Origin: Mytilus trossulus
Taxonomy: Eukaryota
Reading direction: 5' to 3'
Assembly (NCBI RefSeq): GCF_036588685.1
Contig: NC_086377.1
Coordinates: 29,326,001 to 29,390,000 of the forward strand
Length of the DNA: 64,000 bases
Position 1 is the first letter of the stretch. Every line of letters starts with the position of its first letter. Under the pieces are notes generated by a model. That model was not told the origin of the DNA. It saw nothing but the letters and a program-made list of their open reading frames with translations, and did no database searches. The position numbers and the translations under genes were made by a program. This document shows positions 14,142-25,720 of this stretch, in pieces.

Positions 14142-14234
14142 GTATATTTTTTTATATTTTTTTATTAAAATAAGCGAAACCTGAAACTACTTTAACACAT
14201 CCTATAGTAGTCTCAGGCGAAACTGAGAGAATTA

Positions 14235-14402
14235 AGAGATAACTGTATTGTATTTGAAGCTTTGCGGACGTCCATCGGTAGTTTTACTGTCGCAAATTGA
14301 GTTTACCTGGCGACGCGGAGCGGAGACAGGTAAACGGATATTTGCGACAGTAAAACTACCGATGGACGTCCGCAAAGCTTCAAATACAATACAGTTATCT
14401 CT
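14235..14402. repeat. Long hairpin: ~63-bp perfect inverted arms plus inner gtttacctg/caggtaaac stem
   Basis: agagataactgtattg...tcgcaaat (14235-14297) is the exact reverse complement of 14340-14402. Confidence 0.95.
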
Positions 14403-14725
14403 ATTCTAATTCAAGTTCTCCTATCCTAGCTTAACCTAGTTTTATTGATCCAATTTGAATGTTTACAATGTACGTTTCATGGCTATTTACGTTATCCAAC
14501 CGCCAAGAAATAGTTCCTTTACCTGAAGTCAAAAATTAAGCTTGTGTGAATAATTTTTTAATATCATAGTAATAAGAGGTGAAAAACTATACTTTTAAGA
14601 AAAATCACAATTTATTGAACAAGAAATAATAACGTAAATTTCAAGTCCTCTCGTCGAGTTTTATCGAGCATTGTCAACTGTCATGGCCGATCACGCAGAG
14701 GTGCGATGAAGATAAACAACAAAAT

Positions 14726-17700
14726 CTACGGCTGTGCAGCGTTCCCTGTTATGTTGTAGTTGAAAACTTGGACAGTTGAATTATGGACTTCAAACTGTTT
14801 GTTATACAAAACAGGTAATGACATTTGATTGTTAATTTGTGTGGTGTTTGTAAAATTCAAACAGTGTGCGTTGAAGGGATTAGCTGGATTTGGCGGTAAG
14901 GGCATTGCATTTGACTGTGTACAAATTGGCACTGGTGCGGTTGAACCCGATTTATCACTACCATTTTCAGTATTGCCAAGTAGAATAGCAGAATACTGCC
15001 TCTTCTGTTTCTCAGAGGAGTCCTGATAGTAGGATTCCAAACTGGCCTCTGACTTGTGTCCTGTTATCTTCATTATGTCTGTTTTTGGCACACCTGACTG
15101 TGCCAAAACAGTCACAGTTGTTGCCCTCACACAATGGTTTGTGTATATTTGACTAAGTCCAGCACTTTTTGATATGTCAACCATCATGTTGTTCAACAGT
15201 CTTTCCCCTACAGGCCTTGATGTGTACCACATCTCATCCTCATAATTTACTTTGGCTCTTGGTTGTTGAAAGAAAATGTCTGATGTAGGGTTCCTTTTAG
15301 CAAGGTATTGCGTCAAGGCAGCAACGGGACAGTCTGGCTTTTTTGTTTCATACATCCTAGGTTTTATAATGTTTTGATTGTCATCTAGTCCCCCTTTATG
15401 ATTTTTTGTCGTCTCACTCACTGCCATCTCTACATAACGACGGCCACAATCATCTGATTTAATGACAAATGTTTTGTCAGTGAAAAACCTTTGGTTTTCC
15501 CGTCCCCTCCTTCCAAAACTCAAAACTAGATCAAACCAAATTTTTCTTTGAAGAGTCTTAGGGTTTTGAGTTGATAAGGCATCTGATGACCTTAGTTTTT
15601 GCAAATCACCTTCTGAAATGGATGAATGATGTTTGGTCCTGTCCATTCCTTCCCTCTGAACCTTCTTAATCATGGCCAAAAACATTTTATTTGATTTAAG
15701 AAAAGCTGAATCATCAGACATGATGGAATACGTCTTATTAAAAGGTGGTGCCCGAAGATATCTATTTATAGATGCCCGAATCCCAACTAAAGTACTCTTT
15801 GCATAATATTCTCCGTCTGTATTTCGGACCTCAGCATAGAATTCAGTCAAGGCATCATTCAATTGTTGAATTGTATAATTTTCAAATGTTGCATCTTTCT
15901 CTCTATCGGTTAACCACTCTGAAATTAAGAATTATGATACATGTATTGAAATTTTTATACTTTATTTTATGCAATATAAAATTGAGAATGGAAATGAGGA
16001 ATGTATTAAAGAGACAACAACCGACCATAGAATGCATGCATGTGGCAAAAAATGAACGTTAAAACTACAGATGGATGTCCAAAAGCTTCAAATACACTAA
16101 CATGTATCTCATTAATTAAGAGATAACTGTATTGTATTTGAAGCTTTAAGGACGTCCATCGGTAGTTTTACTGTCGCAAATTTAGTTAACCTGGCAACAC
16201 GGAGCCCTTTTTAGGATTTTTTTTTAATTTGTTATGTTTTCCATGCGTTTTTAATGCAAGAAAACACTTAGCTTATGTACGTGTAGTCATAAACAAAGGA
16301 AATTTTCCTATTACATTTCTTTGACATTGTATGATATAGCTTGTAAATTGTTGAAGAATTAAACATTATATAGTCTAATTTTCCTTTCTTTTTATCAATT
16401 TAGCATTGTTTAACTTCTTTATATATTTTGCAGGTGCTACATGTAAATAAAAATGGAAGTCTCGTAAACTGTGTAAAACTAAGTAGCATGCGAATGATGT
16501 ACATATAACATACAAGTGCAACGCATGATTAAACTGGATATGAAAAATTCATATAAAAGGCAATGTTGGAAGACGTGACAAAAGAAAACATTAAAGTCTA
16601 TAAAAAGAAAGGACCAGCTGATCAAGATACATATGCATGATATATATGTATGCTAATTGTCATGAAGAAATTTAGGAAGTTTTATAATTGCTTGTTGAAT
16701 TGATTGTGGATTTCAAGGTATCTTGTGTAATACCATTATAATAGGAAGATACATGTATGTGTGCAAACATGATGTTGGGATGTATAACAGTATTTTAAAT
16801 TCAGCAAATTTCATGAAATAACAAGTGAACAGAAATTTCAATCTTATGCATGCAGAAATATTAGACGAAAACATATTGAAAATTGTACATTGAACACTTG
16901 CAATTGCACGAAGTTAGTGTTTGCAATGTCAAATGAATGTATAAAGTTTAGTTTTATGGACAGTTTATATATATACCATGGCCAAAATGGACAGTAATTA
17001 GCAGTGATTGCGGAAACCTTTTTAAGCTATATGCAGATTTATTTTGTTAATGATTACAATTATATTTTTTACGTTGTTTTTTTAAAACATGTTAAAAGGA
17101 AAAGGAATTCCAAATACATACAAATCTTTATTATATACATCAATTTATTTTAGTTTTAACACATACGCCTAAATATCTTTACTCCATATTTAGTTTGCTT
17201 CTTTGTAGATTTGCTCAGTGCCTCGTCTAGTATATTTTCTTTCTCATTTGATGATAATATTGGGAACCTCCCGCCAGTTGTCTTCTCTTTGTTGTCTTTT
17301 GCTATACTGTCAACCACCTCCATCATGTCAATTAAATCTTGGTCTTTTTCTGGATCATTAACCAGTTCCACTGTAATAAATATATATGACTATGGTCAAA
17401 TTATGAACTGGCTTACTGTTTATTCAGAAATAATAAATTAGTGCGATCTTGTAATTTTATACCTGATTCGTTTTAATTTTTTGCAATATTAAGAAAAATC
17501 CTGATTAATTTGATTCATACATGTATATAAAAAAGACGCAAGTTTTAATTTTTATTGGTGATTATTCTTTTGTTTGAATTGTTTTGTATTGTCTAATCTG
17601 GGCCTTTTATAGCTGACTATGTGGTATGGGCTTTGCTCAGCCTCATTGTTGAAGGCCGTTGTTAATGTTTGTGTCATTTTGGTCTGTTGTGGAAAGTTGT

Positions 17701-18614
17701 CTAATTGGCAATCATACCACATCTTCTTTTTTATATGACCAGGGCTGTCACTGTTTTTCGCAATAATTTTACACAGAAATCATGATTGAAAAATTTATAT
17801 TGAGTTTGATTTGCATTAGAGAAAACTGTTGGGAAAACTTGCATTAGACTAGAGATACATGTAGCTGTATTATATTTGAAGCTTTCCAGACATCCATCAG
17901 TAGTTTTACTGTGGCATATATCTGCGCTCCGTGTCGCTAAGTAAACTGAATTTGCAACAGTAAAACTACCGATGGACGTCTGTCTACAAGGCTTCATTTA
18001 CAATACTGTAATTTCTTAATTAGAAACTTTGGGTTATTTCCCCCAGCATTTTTTCCCTGAATTTGATTTGACAGAGAACCCCCCTTTTCCCCAAAGCCAA
18101 ACACAGAGAAAGGAATAAAAAGTTTGAAACAGCTACAGTGATCAATATTAGAACATGCATTTTAAAGGGAAAGTGAATTATGAAGTTCTTAATTAAAGAA
18201 AGCCTGAATATTTCCCGTTTATTGTTACGGGATGTACATGTAGGGTGTGAAAATGTTTGACATGCTCCAGCCTAGGAAGAAATAATGGTATAAAAGTATG
18301 TAAGGGTCAAGGTATAAGCTGTGCAGATTAAAATCTGCTTAGAAATTGTTAATTTGAAACCTACAAGCAACTCCATCAGTAGGGTTATCACCCAAGGCAC
18401 CACTTGTGTCTGCGTCGTCTGCTGTCTCCACTGCCGGTACTGCCGTATGTTCATCTTGATCGGCTTTTGACCCTTCTCCTGTTGTTTCTTGGGGTACAGA
18501 TAGATCAGCCGATTCCAACCCATCCATAAAATCTGTTTCCAAGAGGAAATTTGGCATCAACGGGCCCAAAAGATCTAGTTCTGTCATGTCAAAATCGTCG
18601 TCTGACGTAGCCAT
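14726..18614 (-). CDS. Crypton tyrosine recombinase (DUF3504-like), 3 exons: 18614-~18365, 17370-17168, 15918-14726; appears intact
   Basis: Catalytic R (FGRRGREN), K (TKNHKGG), HxxR (TNHCVRAT), H/Y (ITGHKSEASLESY); GT-AG junctions phase-compatible (ttacag|TGGAAC, AGGC|gtatgt, tttcag|AGTGG). Confidence 0.85.
16061..16205. repeat. Degenerate rearranged copy of the Crypton terminal hairpin arms in intron 2
   Basis: Right-arm copy (aaaactacagatggatgtcc...tatctc) + attaatta + left-arm copy (agagataactgtattg...tcgcaaat). Confidence 0.85.
17851..18022. repeat. Degenerate inverted copy of the Crypton terminal hairpin in intron 1
   Basis: Both arms recognisable; loop gctccgtgtcgc is the reverse complement of gcgacgcggagc (1 mismatch). 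Confidence 0.85.
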
Positions 18615-19258
18615 TGTTATTGTTTTGCGAAGTATTTATGTCACAAGATTCATACGCGAGGAATTTTGTTAAGCGGCTCCGACAGGTACATTGTAATTGT
18701 ACGCTTGACAAGAGCCAATGAGAAAGCGTGTTACATAAAGATTGCATTAGAATAAAGATTATCCAAAATAGTCTCTCAGGTGTTAACTTAAACGACTCCG
18801 GAAAACAAGTCATTTATAAAGAGTTTTGCTACTTTGTTGTTCTTAATTCAGATTTTCTGTATACATGTATTAATCAAGAATATAATGATATATAGGAACA
18901 TACACTTTAATAAGACATATCTTTATAATATGTCCGACAGTCTTTAAACAGATTATACATACGCAAAGCATGTATATTAAAATTGGCAATCTAATTAAGA
19001 AAAATCCGTGCATTGTTTAATACTAGTACATGTTTGTTTTGAACTATCTATTCTAAGTTTCATGGATAAATATATATATTAAAATAAATAAGATGAATAG
19101 CTTTTATTAAAGCTGATCAGATTTATTAAATCGAACTAATTAGATAATCGTCCATTTATCTTATTTAGCAATGTATGCATCTAATAAAATAAAAATATAA
19201 TTCTATATGTATTAAAGTGCAAAACACATTTCTATAGATGCGTGTACATGTATCAAAC

Positions 19259-19296
19259 CAGAGACATATAATATATATATATATTATATGTCTCTG
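19259..19296. mobile_element. 38-bp perfect palindrome with 7-bp direct repeats (minimal MITE-like insertion)
   Basis: atcaaac|cagagacatataatatatatatatattatatgtctctg|atcaaac. Confidence 0.65.
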
Positions 19297-20129
19297 ATCA
19301 AACATATACCGGGTAGAACTCAGATTGTTCGCCTCAGGGAGTGATGTGTGTAAAAGTTATTTATTTGTCACATTGTTGTGAAGATATTCGTTTTATATTT
19401 CTGATAAATAGGCATGACCCCGAGGTGTAACTAATCAATTATGTAAATTACATGCAGTGTCTGAATATGTTTGTTAAAATCTACTGGAATTAAAATATCT
19501 GTAACATACTATAAATATGTAGTTTTATGGCAGTTAAGATTTGAATTGAATTTAACAATCGACATCATATCAGACATTTTTTACTTAAAGAAAGGTATTG
19601 TGTTGATAAACTACAGTTATCAGGAAAGACATTTTGTAGATAATTGTGTTCAAAAAGTATTAGAGTTATTCATGTCAATTGACAAACATTACAAACATAT
19701 CGATATGATAACATGTAATAATTTATGTGGCATGAATATATATGAATCGTGCTTTATACAAGAGCCTGAAAAGGGACATTGTGCGTTAGTCTTAAACAAG
19801 CCATTTGTTGCATGAGGGAATAATTTAAATTAAAACGCTCGTGCCACCCTATAACTCATATTAGACTCCAATATCATCAAACGTAGGCTGCCGTGTTATT
19901 CATACTCGTGCCATGCATACACACATTGTTTTTCTTCCAAATGTCCGATTCATGTTAGTTCTTTGTACTATTTGAATAAGAGCCCAACTAACAATAAATA
20001 CAATAAAAAAGAGAAAACACTAACACATGAGAGAAACTTCATCAGCTAGCACATTTTGCTTTATTGTTTAGACTACTTAATGATTATACAAAGCTTGTAA
20101 ACTAACGGTTTCTGTATATGTCTTTGCCG

Positions 20130-20607
20130 GGTTTGTTGTATCTGGTGAAATGGGAAGGTTTTCATGAAGATGATAGTACATGGGAACCGCAATCAAAGCT
20201 TGATGCAGAATCTATGTCCAATTTCTTTCCTGCTTTTATCAGTTTTGATCGGTTAAACAGCGCTGCCAGATTATTTGAAGAAGTCATACAGCAGAGACTA
20301 AGACTTAAAAATAGAACAATATCAAGTAATCTCCGATTTGACCTGAATGTGTATCGCTATTGTTTTAATACAGACGAATCCATTCGGATAGATTCCGTAG
20401 ACAGCCTGAAAAAGCTTCCTCTTTCAAATGGCTGTAACTATAAATTGAACAAACAGGGTTTATGGGCAAATAATAACCTTTCCCTTTCGATTAAGACCAA
20501 AACTGCAGATGAGGAAAATTTTTTTGCGAAAAGATGACGGGTCAGTGGAAACAAAATACAGACCTATAGAAATTGTAAAAATAATTTCTGCCAGCGAGTC
20601 TTTCTGA
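20130..20607 (+). pseudogene. Chromodomain-protein gene, exon 2 (acceptor mutated, late frameshift)
   Basis: GLLYLVKWEGFHEDDSTWEP is the canonical chromodomain core; branch-like actaac at 20101 and ccg in place of cag at 20127-20129. Confidence 0.75.
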
Positions 20608-20643
20608 AGTAGTAGTGTACATAAATTTATTCAATCCACCAAA

Positions 20644-23600
20644 ATGTCGGACAATTTAACAACACAAGACAGAAAGCTAACAGAAAACTTTTTACAAATA
20701 GGTACGCGATTGCCGGTATTGGCTAAATCATTTGTTTCTAACAACAAAATTGTGCTCACTTTGGAAATAAAGTATCCGTTCCTGCGAAAATTATCAACCT
20801 CCAATTTCAAGTATCCATATCTATATTACGTAGACATTATCAATTCGCAACATGGATTTCTTCATCTTAAACAATGTGAAAGATTAGAAAAACGATTTTA
20901 TACCGTCTTTAAAGATATAGCTCAACTTTATAAAAACTAGAGGCTCTAAAGAGCCTGTGTCGCTCACCTTGGTCTATGTGAATATTAAACAAAGGACGCA
21001 GATGGATTTATGACAATTTTGTGTTTTGGTGATTGTAATGTGTTTGTACATCTTACTTTACTGTATATTCTAGCTGCTAACAATTATCTCTATCTATAAT
21101 GAACTTGGCCCAGTAGTTTTAGTGGAAAATGTTAGTAAAAATTTACAAATTTTATGAAAATTGTTAAAAGTTGACTATAAAGGACAATAACTCTTTAGGG
21201 GGTCAATTGACCATTTTGGTCATGTTGACTAATTTTAAGGTATCACTTTGCTGTACATTATTGCTGTTTACAGTTTATCTCTATCTATAATAGTATTCAA
21301 AATAAAAACCCAAAATGGAAAAATGTCCTCAAAATTACGAATTCAGGGGCAGCAACCTAACAACAGAATTTCCGATCCATCTGAAAATTTTACGGCAGAT
21401 AGATCTTCACCTGATAAACATTTTCCTTAAGCCAGAATTGCTGTAAATGCTTTGGTTTTTGAGTTATAAGCCAAAAACTGCCTTTTACACCTTTGTTCTA
21501 TTTTTAGACTTGGCGACCATCTTGGTTGGATTGCCAGGTCATCGGACACATTTTTTAAACTAGTTACCCCAAAGATGATTGTGGCCAAGTTTGGATTTAT
21601 TTGGCCCAGTAGTTTCAGAGAAGAAGATTTTTGTAAAAGATTACAAAGATTTACGAAAAATAGTTAAAAATTGACTATAAAGGGCAATAACTCCTAAAGA
21701 GGTCAACTGACCATTTTGGTCATGCTCACTTATTTGTAAATCTTACTTTACTGAACATTATTGCTGTTTACAGTTTATCTCTATCTATTACAAATGTATA
21801 ATATTCAAGATAATAACCAAAAACAGCAAAATTTCCTTAAAATTACCAAATCAGGGGCAGCAACCCAACAATGGGTTGTCAGATTCGTCTGAAAATTTCA
21901 GGGCAGATAGATCTTGACCTGATAAACACTTTCACTCCTTTTAGATTTGCTTTAAATGCTTTGTTTTTTAGTTTTAAGCCAAAAACTGCATTTTACCCCT
22001 ATGTTCTATTTTTAGCCATGGCGGCCATCTTGGATGGTTGGCCAGGTCACCGGACACATTTTTTAAACTAGATACCCCAATGATGATTGTGGCCAAGTTT
22101 GGTTTAATTTGGCCCAGTAGTTTCAGAGGAGAAGATTTTTGTAAAAGATTACAAAGATTTACGAAAAATGGTTAAATATTGACTATAAAGGGCAATAACT
22201 CCTAAAGGGGTCAATTGACCATTTTGGTCATGTTGACTTACTTGTAAATCTTACTTTGCTGAACATTATTGCTGTTTACAGTTTATCTCTATCTATAATA
22301 ATATTCAAGATAATAACCAAAAATAGCAAAAATTTTCTGAAATTTACCAATTCAGGGGCAGCAACCCAACAACGGGTTGTTCGATTCATCTGAAAATTTC
22401 AGGGCACATAGATCTTGACCTGATAAACAATTTTCACTATATCAGATTTGCTCTAAATGCTTTGGGTTTTGAGTTATAAGCCAAAAACTGCATTTTACCC
22501 CATATGTTCTATTTTTAGTCATGGCGGCCATTTTGGTTGGTTGGCCGGGTCACGCCACACATTTTTTAAACTAGATACCCCAATGATGATTGCGGCCAAG
22601 TTTGGTTTAATTTGGCCCAGTAGTTTCAGAGGAGAAGATTTTTGTAAAAGTTAACGACGCAGGACGACGACGGATGAGAAAAGCTCACTTGGCCTTTTAG
22701 GCCAGGTGAGCTAAAAACAGTGGTGGCCGACAAAAAGCAAAGTCCGATTCAAAATTTACAAAAATTGACATATTCGAAAATGACATTCTTCCATCATCTG
22801 AGCTCACTTCATCGTTAGAAAAATTTGCAGAGGAAAACGTATCACTTGCCGATCAATGTAGGATTCTATCAAAGCAAATCAAAGAATCCGAGGAGCAAAG
22901 AAAACTAGACAAATCAGCAGCAAATATTTCAAAACATCATGAAATAGACCCTATTTTGATAAATCATGGAAAGAAGTTTAAGAAGCTGGTAGAACTCAAC
23001 GATACGAAAAAATCAAAACACTGACAAACAAAGTCGACAAGGCTTTGTGGTTTTTCGAATCGTATGGACTGAAACCTTCTAGTTTTAAACTAACTACTGT
23101 ATCAGGAGAACCAGTCAAACAGTTAGATCTAGCAGACAAAGATGATGAAACCCGTATGAGCATGGATCTGGAGAAAATGAAGGCAGTATTATTTATTTTA
23201 GACAAGTTTAAAATCAGTGACCAGGCTTACCATGAAATAGTTAGGAAAACCGAAGATCTGCCACGGCTTCATTCAATCGTGAGTTTAAGAGAGAAGACGA
23301 ATAGTACGTTAGAAATATATCGCACAACAGGCAATATTCCAGGTGCATTTGTCAGCCTTAAGTCAGAGCTGGAGAATTGTTTAAAAAAATTTGAAACATT
23401 GCCATCGGAGACAATAAAAATAAAAATATAAGGGGACGGTACACGAGTTACTCGAATTTTATCGTTTTGTCATTTTCTATTATAAGTGAAACAGCAAAAT
23501 TGTCTGCAGACGAACAAACTGTTTTAGCTATTGTGAAAACGTCAGAAAGCTATGAAAACCTTTCTTCATCTCTACATCCAGTTTTCAGTGAAATAAACGA

Positions 23601-24686
23601 ACTGTACCATTCAGGAAGTATACAAATCAATGAAAACATTTACAAAATTCAGCTTTTCTTTGGGGGAGATATGAAATTTTTGCAGATATGTTTAGGAAGT
23701 GGCTCATCGACTGGGGAGTATGCTTGTGTGTGGTGTAAAGTTTCGAAGTTTGACAGAGGAGACATCAGTAAGCCATGGGACTTTTACTTAGCACCCGATA
23801 TGAAGCGACCCATTTCCGAGACAAAAGTACTATCTCGATCGTCGAAGAAGGGATATGGAGTAAAGCACATCCCTCTGCTCACGTTTGAACCAGAACACTG
23901 TGTCCCAGATGAACTTCATCACTGTGTCCCAGATGAACTTCATCTATTTATGAGATTATTCGATGTTTTACTCCGTGATGTGATCGACGACGCTAGACAT
24001 AAAGATAGTATGGCTGATGTAAACGAAGAAAAGGGGGATTATCTGAAACTTGTAGTAGCCAACATCCGAAAATGTGGTGTCTCCTTTGATACTTTGACAG
24101 CTAAAGGACAGACTGGACTCGATTGGACGTCTCTTTGTGGAGCAGATATGAAAAAAGTTATGAAAAGTTTACCCGACCTGCTTATGTTCGTTATACATAA
24201 CGAAACCCATGACACAGTTGTTAAAATTGTGGAAAGATTTTTGGCATATTTACCAGTATATTTGCTCAAACGAATGCGAGAGTCGTACCGGAGAGACAAC
24301 ATCCACTCTGGTTAAGGACTGGATAACTCTTTTTTTGAGTTTGTACGGAAAAAGGAAAGGCTATGCTAAACATTACCTCGTATATCCACTGTCTGATCTA
24401 CCACGTCCCGTTCTTTTTCTCGACATATGGAAGCTTAAGACAGTTTAGCGGCCAACCAACAGAAAAAATCAACGACAGTATCAAAACGATACATCATGCA
24501 AAGACTAGTTTCCAAGATTGCACAGTGGATGCCCTGAAAGTGAGAAAGAGAATTGAGATGAATTTAGGTAACGAAAGAACAAGACGTCCATATGAAAAGA
24601 AAAAAAACAGACTATGGGGAAGATACAATCAAATTTATTCGAACCAAGGAGGTTATATTAGAAGGAGAGAGGACGAAAGACGATAA
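20644..24686 (+). pseudogene. RAG1/Transib-like DDE transposase, frameshifted and interrupted by a Helentron-like insert
   Basis: IKIK.GDGTRV (first D), FFGGDMKFL...EYACVWCK (second D + CxxC), PDELHLFMR, TSYIHCLIYHVP (HxxxxH), GSLRQFSGQPTEKIN (E): same order as the RAG1 core; frame continues across 20936-22713. Confidence 0.8.
20936..22713 (-). mobile_element. Helentron-associated non-autonomous element (HINE-like) with ~500-bp internal tandem repeats
   Basis: Terminal hairpin ggctct-aa-agagcc, subTIR gctcacc/ggtgagc, inserted in an A-run without TSD; internal unit recurs at about 21173, 21673, 22181. Confidence 0.8.
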
Positions 24687-24732
24687 TTACACATAAAATG
24701 TTACCGACTTTTCAATAAGTGGGTGTTAATTA

Positions 24733-25075
24733 GTTGAGATCGACTCTGTCACAGAGGGAGATTTTGTCCTAATTACATACCCGAGTAAGAACGGAAACAC
24801 CCGAGGTGTCATAAACTGACCGGCTATACACCGGATGTTTACAGTTACCATATACCAGTCATCAGCTGATCATGGACGACGATATATTTATAAGTGAAGC
24901 CGAAATCCTTGGAGCTTGAAAAAGAATTCGATGTCGAAACGTTTTGCATATGCAAGTCAAATAACTCCAGACCTGATTTGCTATTCGAATGATGACTGTG
25001 AAATTAATTTCTATCACAGAAAATGTGCAGGTGAACCACCCGTAAATGAAGGATGACCTGTTTCACCTGTCGTGG
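24733..25075 (+). pseudogene. Decayed PWWP/Tudor-like segment followed by ING-type PHD finger
   Basis: VTEGDFVLITYP...VIN*PAI; FCICKS..[fs]LICYSNDDCEINFYHRKCAG...[W]TCFTC reconstructs a C4HC3 pattern. Confidence 0.6.
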
Positions 25076-25605
25076 CATCCAACACCCACAGATGCTTTAC
25101 AGTTCAGGTAATAATTTCCCGCGAAAGTTTCTCTGTACTTATTTAATAATAATATTTCAATATATTCGTAAATACTGCCTCTAAGTAACTGGGAGGTAAG
25201 AAAAGGTAATAAATATACCGAGTAATTTGAATAAAATGTCTTTCAAACAGTAGTAAATATAATGTAGAGTTTCACATTGCACGAGTGTATGTATTGCTCG
25301 TAATGTATTGGGGTTTACATAATAGAGAATAATGAACATAAATTTAAACTAGAGAGAATGACGAGATACTAAAATATACTGAATAAAGTTGATGAGATTA
25401 TAGAATAAAATGAAAGATTACAAAAATAAACCCCCTCCCCTTTTCACCATCCATGCACTCTTATATTTTAAACAAGGAGGTCATACATGTATATAACCTT
25501 GATGTTAATGTTCTTCTTTAGCGCAGGAAAATATTTTGTTCTTTAAATATGAAAATGATTATATTTGTTGCTACACTATTTTGTTGAACATCACAATACA
25601 TTTAC

Positions 25606-25720
25606 AGTGGCGGATCCAGAAATTTATTTAAAAGGGGGGGCATTAACTGCCTAAGAGAGGTTGCTCATGTCAAGCTTTAATGATTCCCTACATACATGTA
25701 TTCCCCCTAAATCCACCTCA
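25606..25720. mobile_element. Degenerate CAGTGGCGGATCC-type MITE
   Basis: cagtggcggatccag...cccctaaatccacctc; same family as 44436-44585. Confidence 0.5.

Larger units (their letters stand above)
14235..18754 (-). mobile_element. Crypton-type tyrosine-recombinase DNA transposon inserted in the chromodomain-gene intron
   Basis: YR gene; terminal 168-bp hairpin at one end; ATTAGAATA (18746-18754) inverse to TATTCTAAT (14402-14410) at the other; no RT gene. Confidence 0.8.

Noticed and set aside
23896-23943. 24-bp tandem duplication (HCVPDELH x2) starting with CACTGTG, the reverse complement of the RSS heptamer
   Set aside because: The heptamer simply encodes His-Cys-Val; no nonamer at 12/23 spacing was seen; ordinary slippage duplication
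25270-25287. Candidate CAC-type TIR (tttcacattgcacgagtg) for the RAG1-like element, with inverse matches at ~7241 and ~8758
   Set aside because: 15-16 bp matches are expected by chance in 64 kb, the left candidates do not start with CAC, and no TSD was found; ends remain undefined
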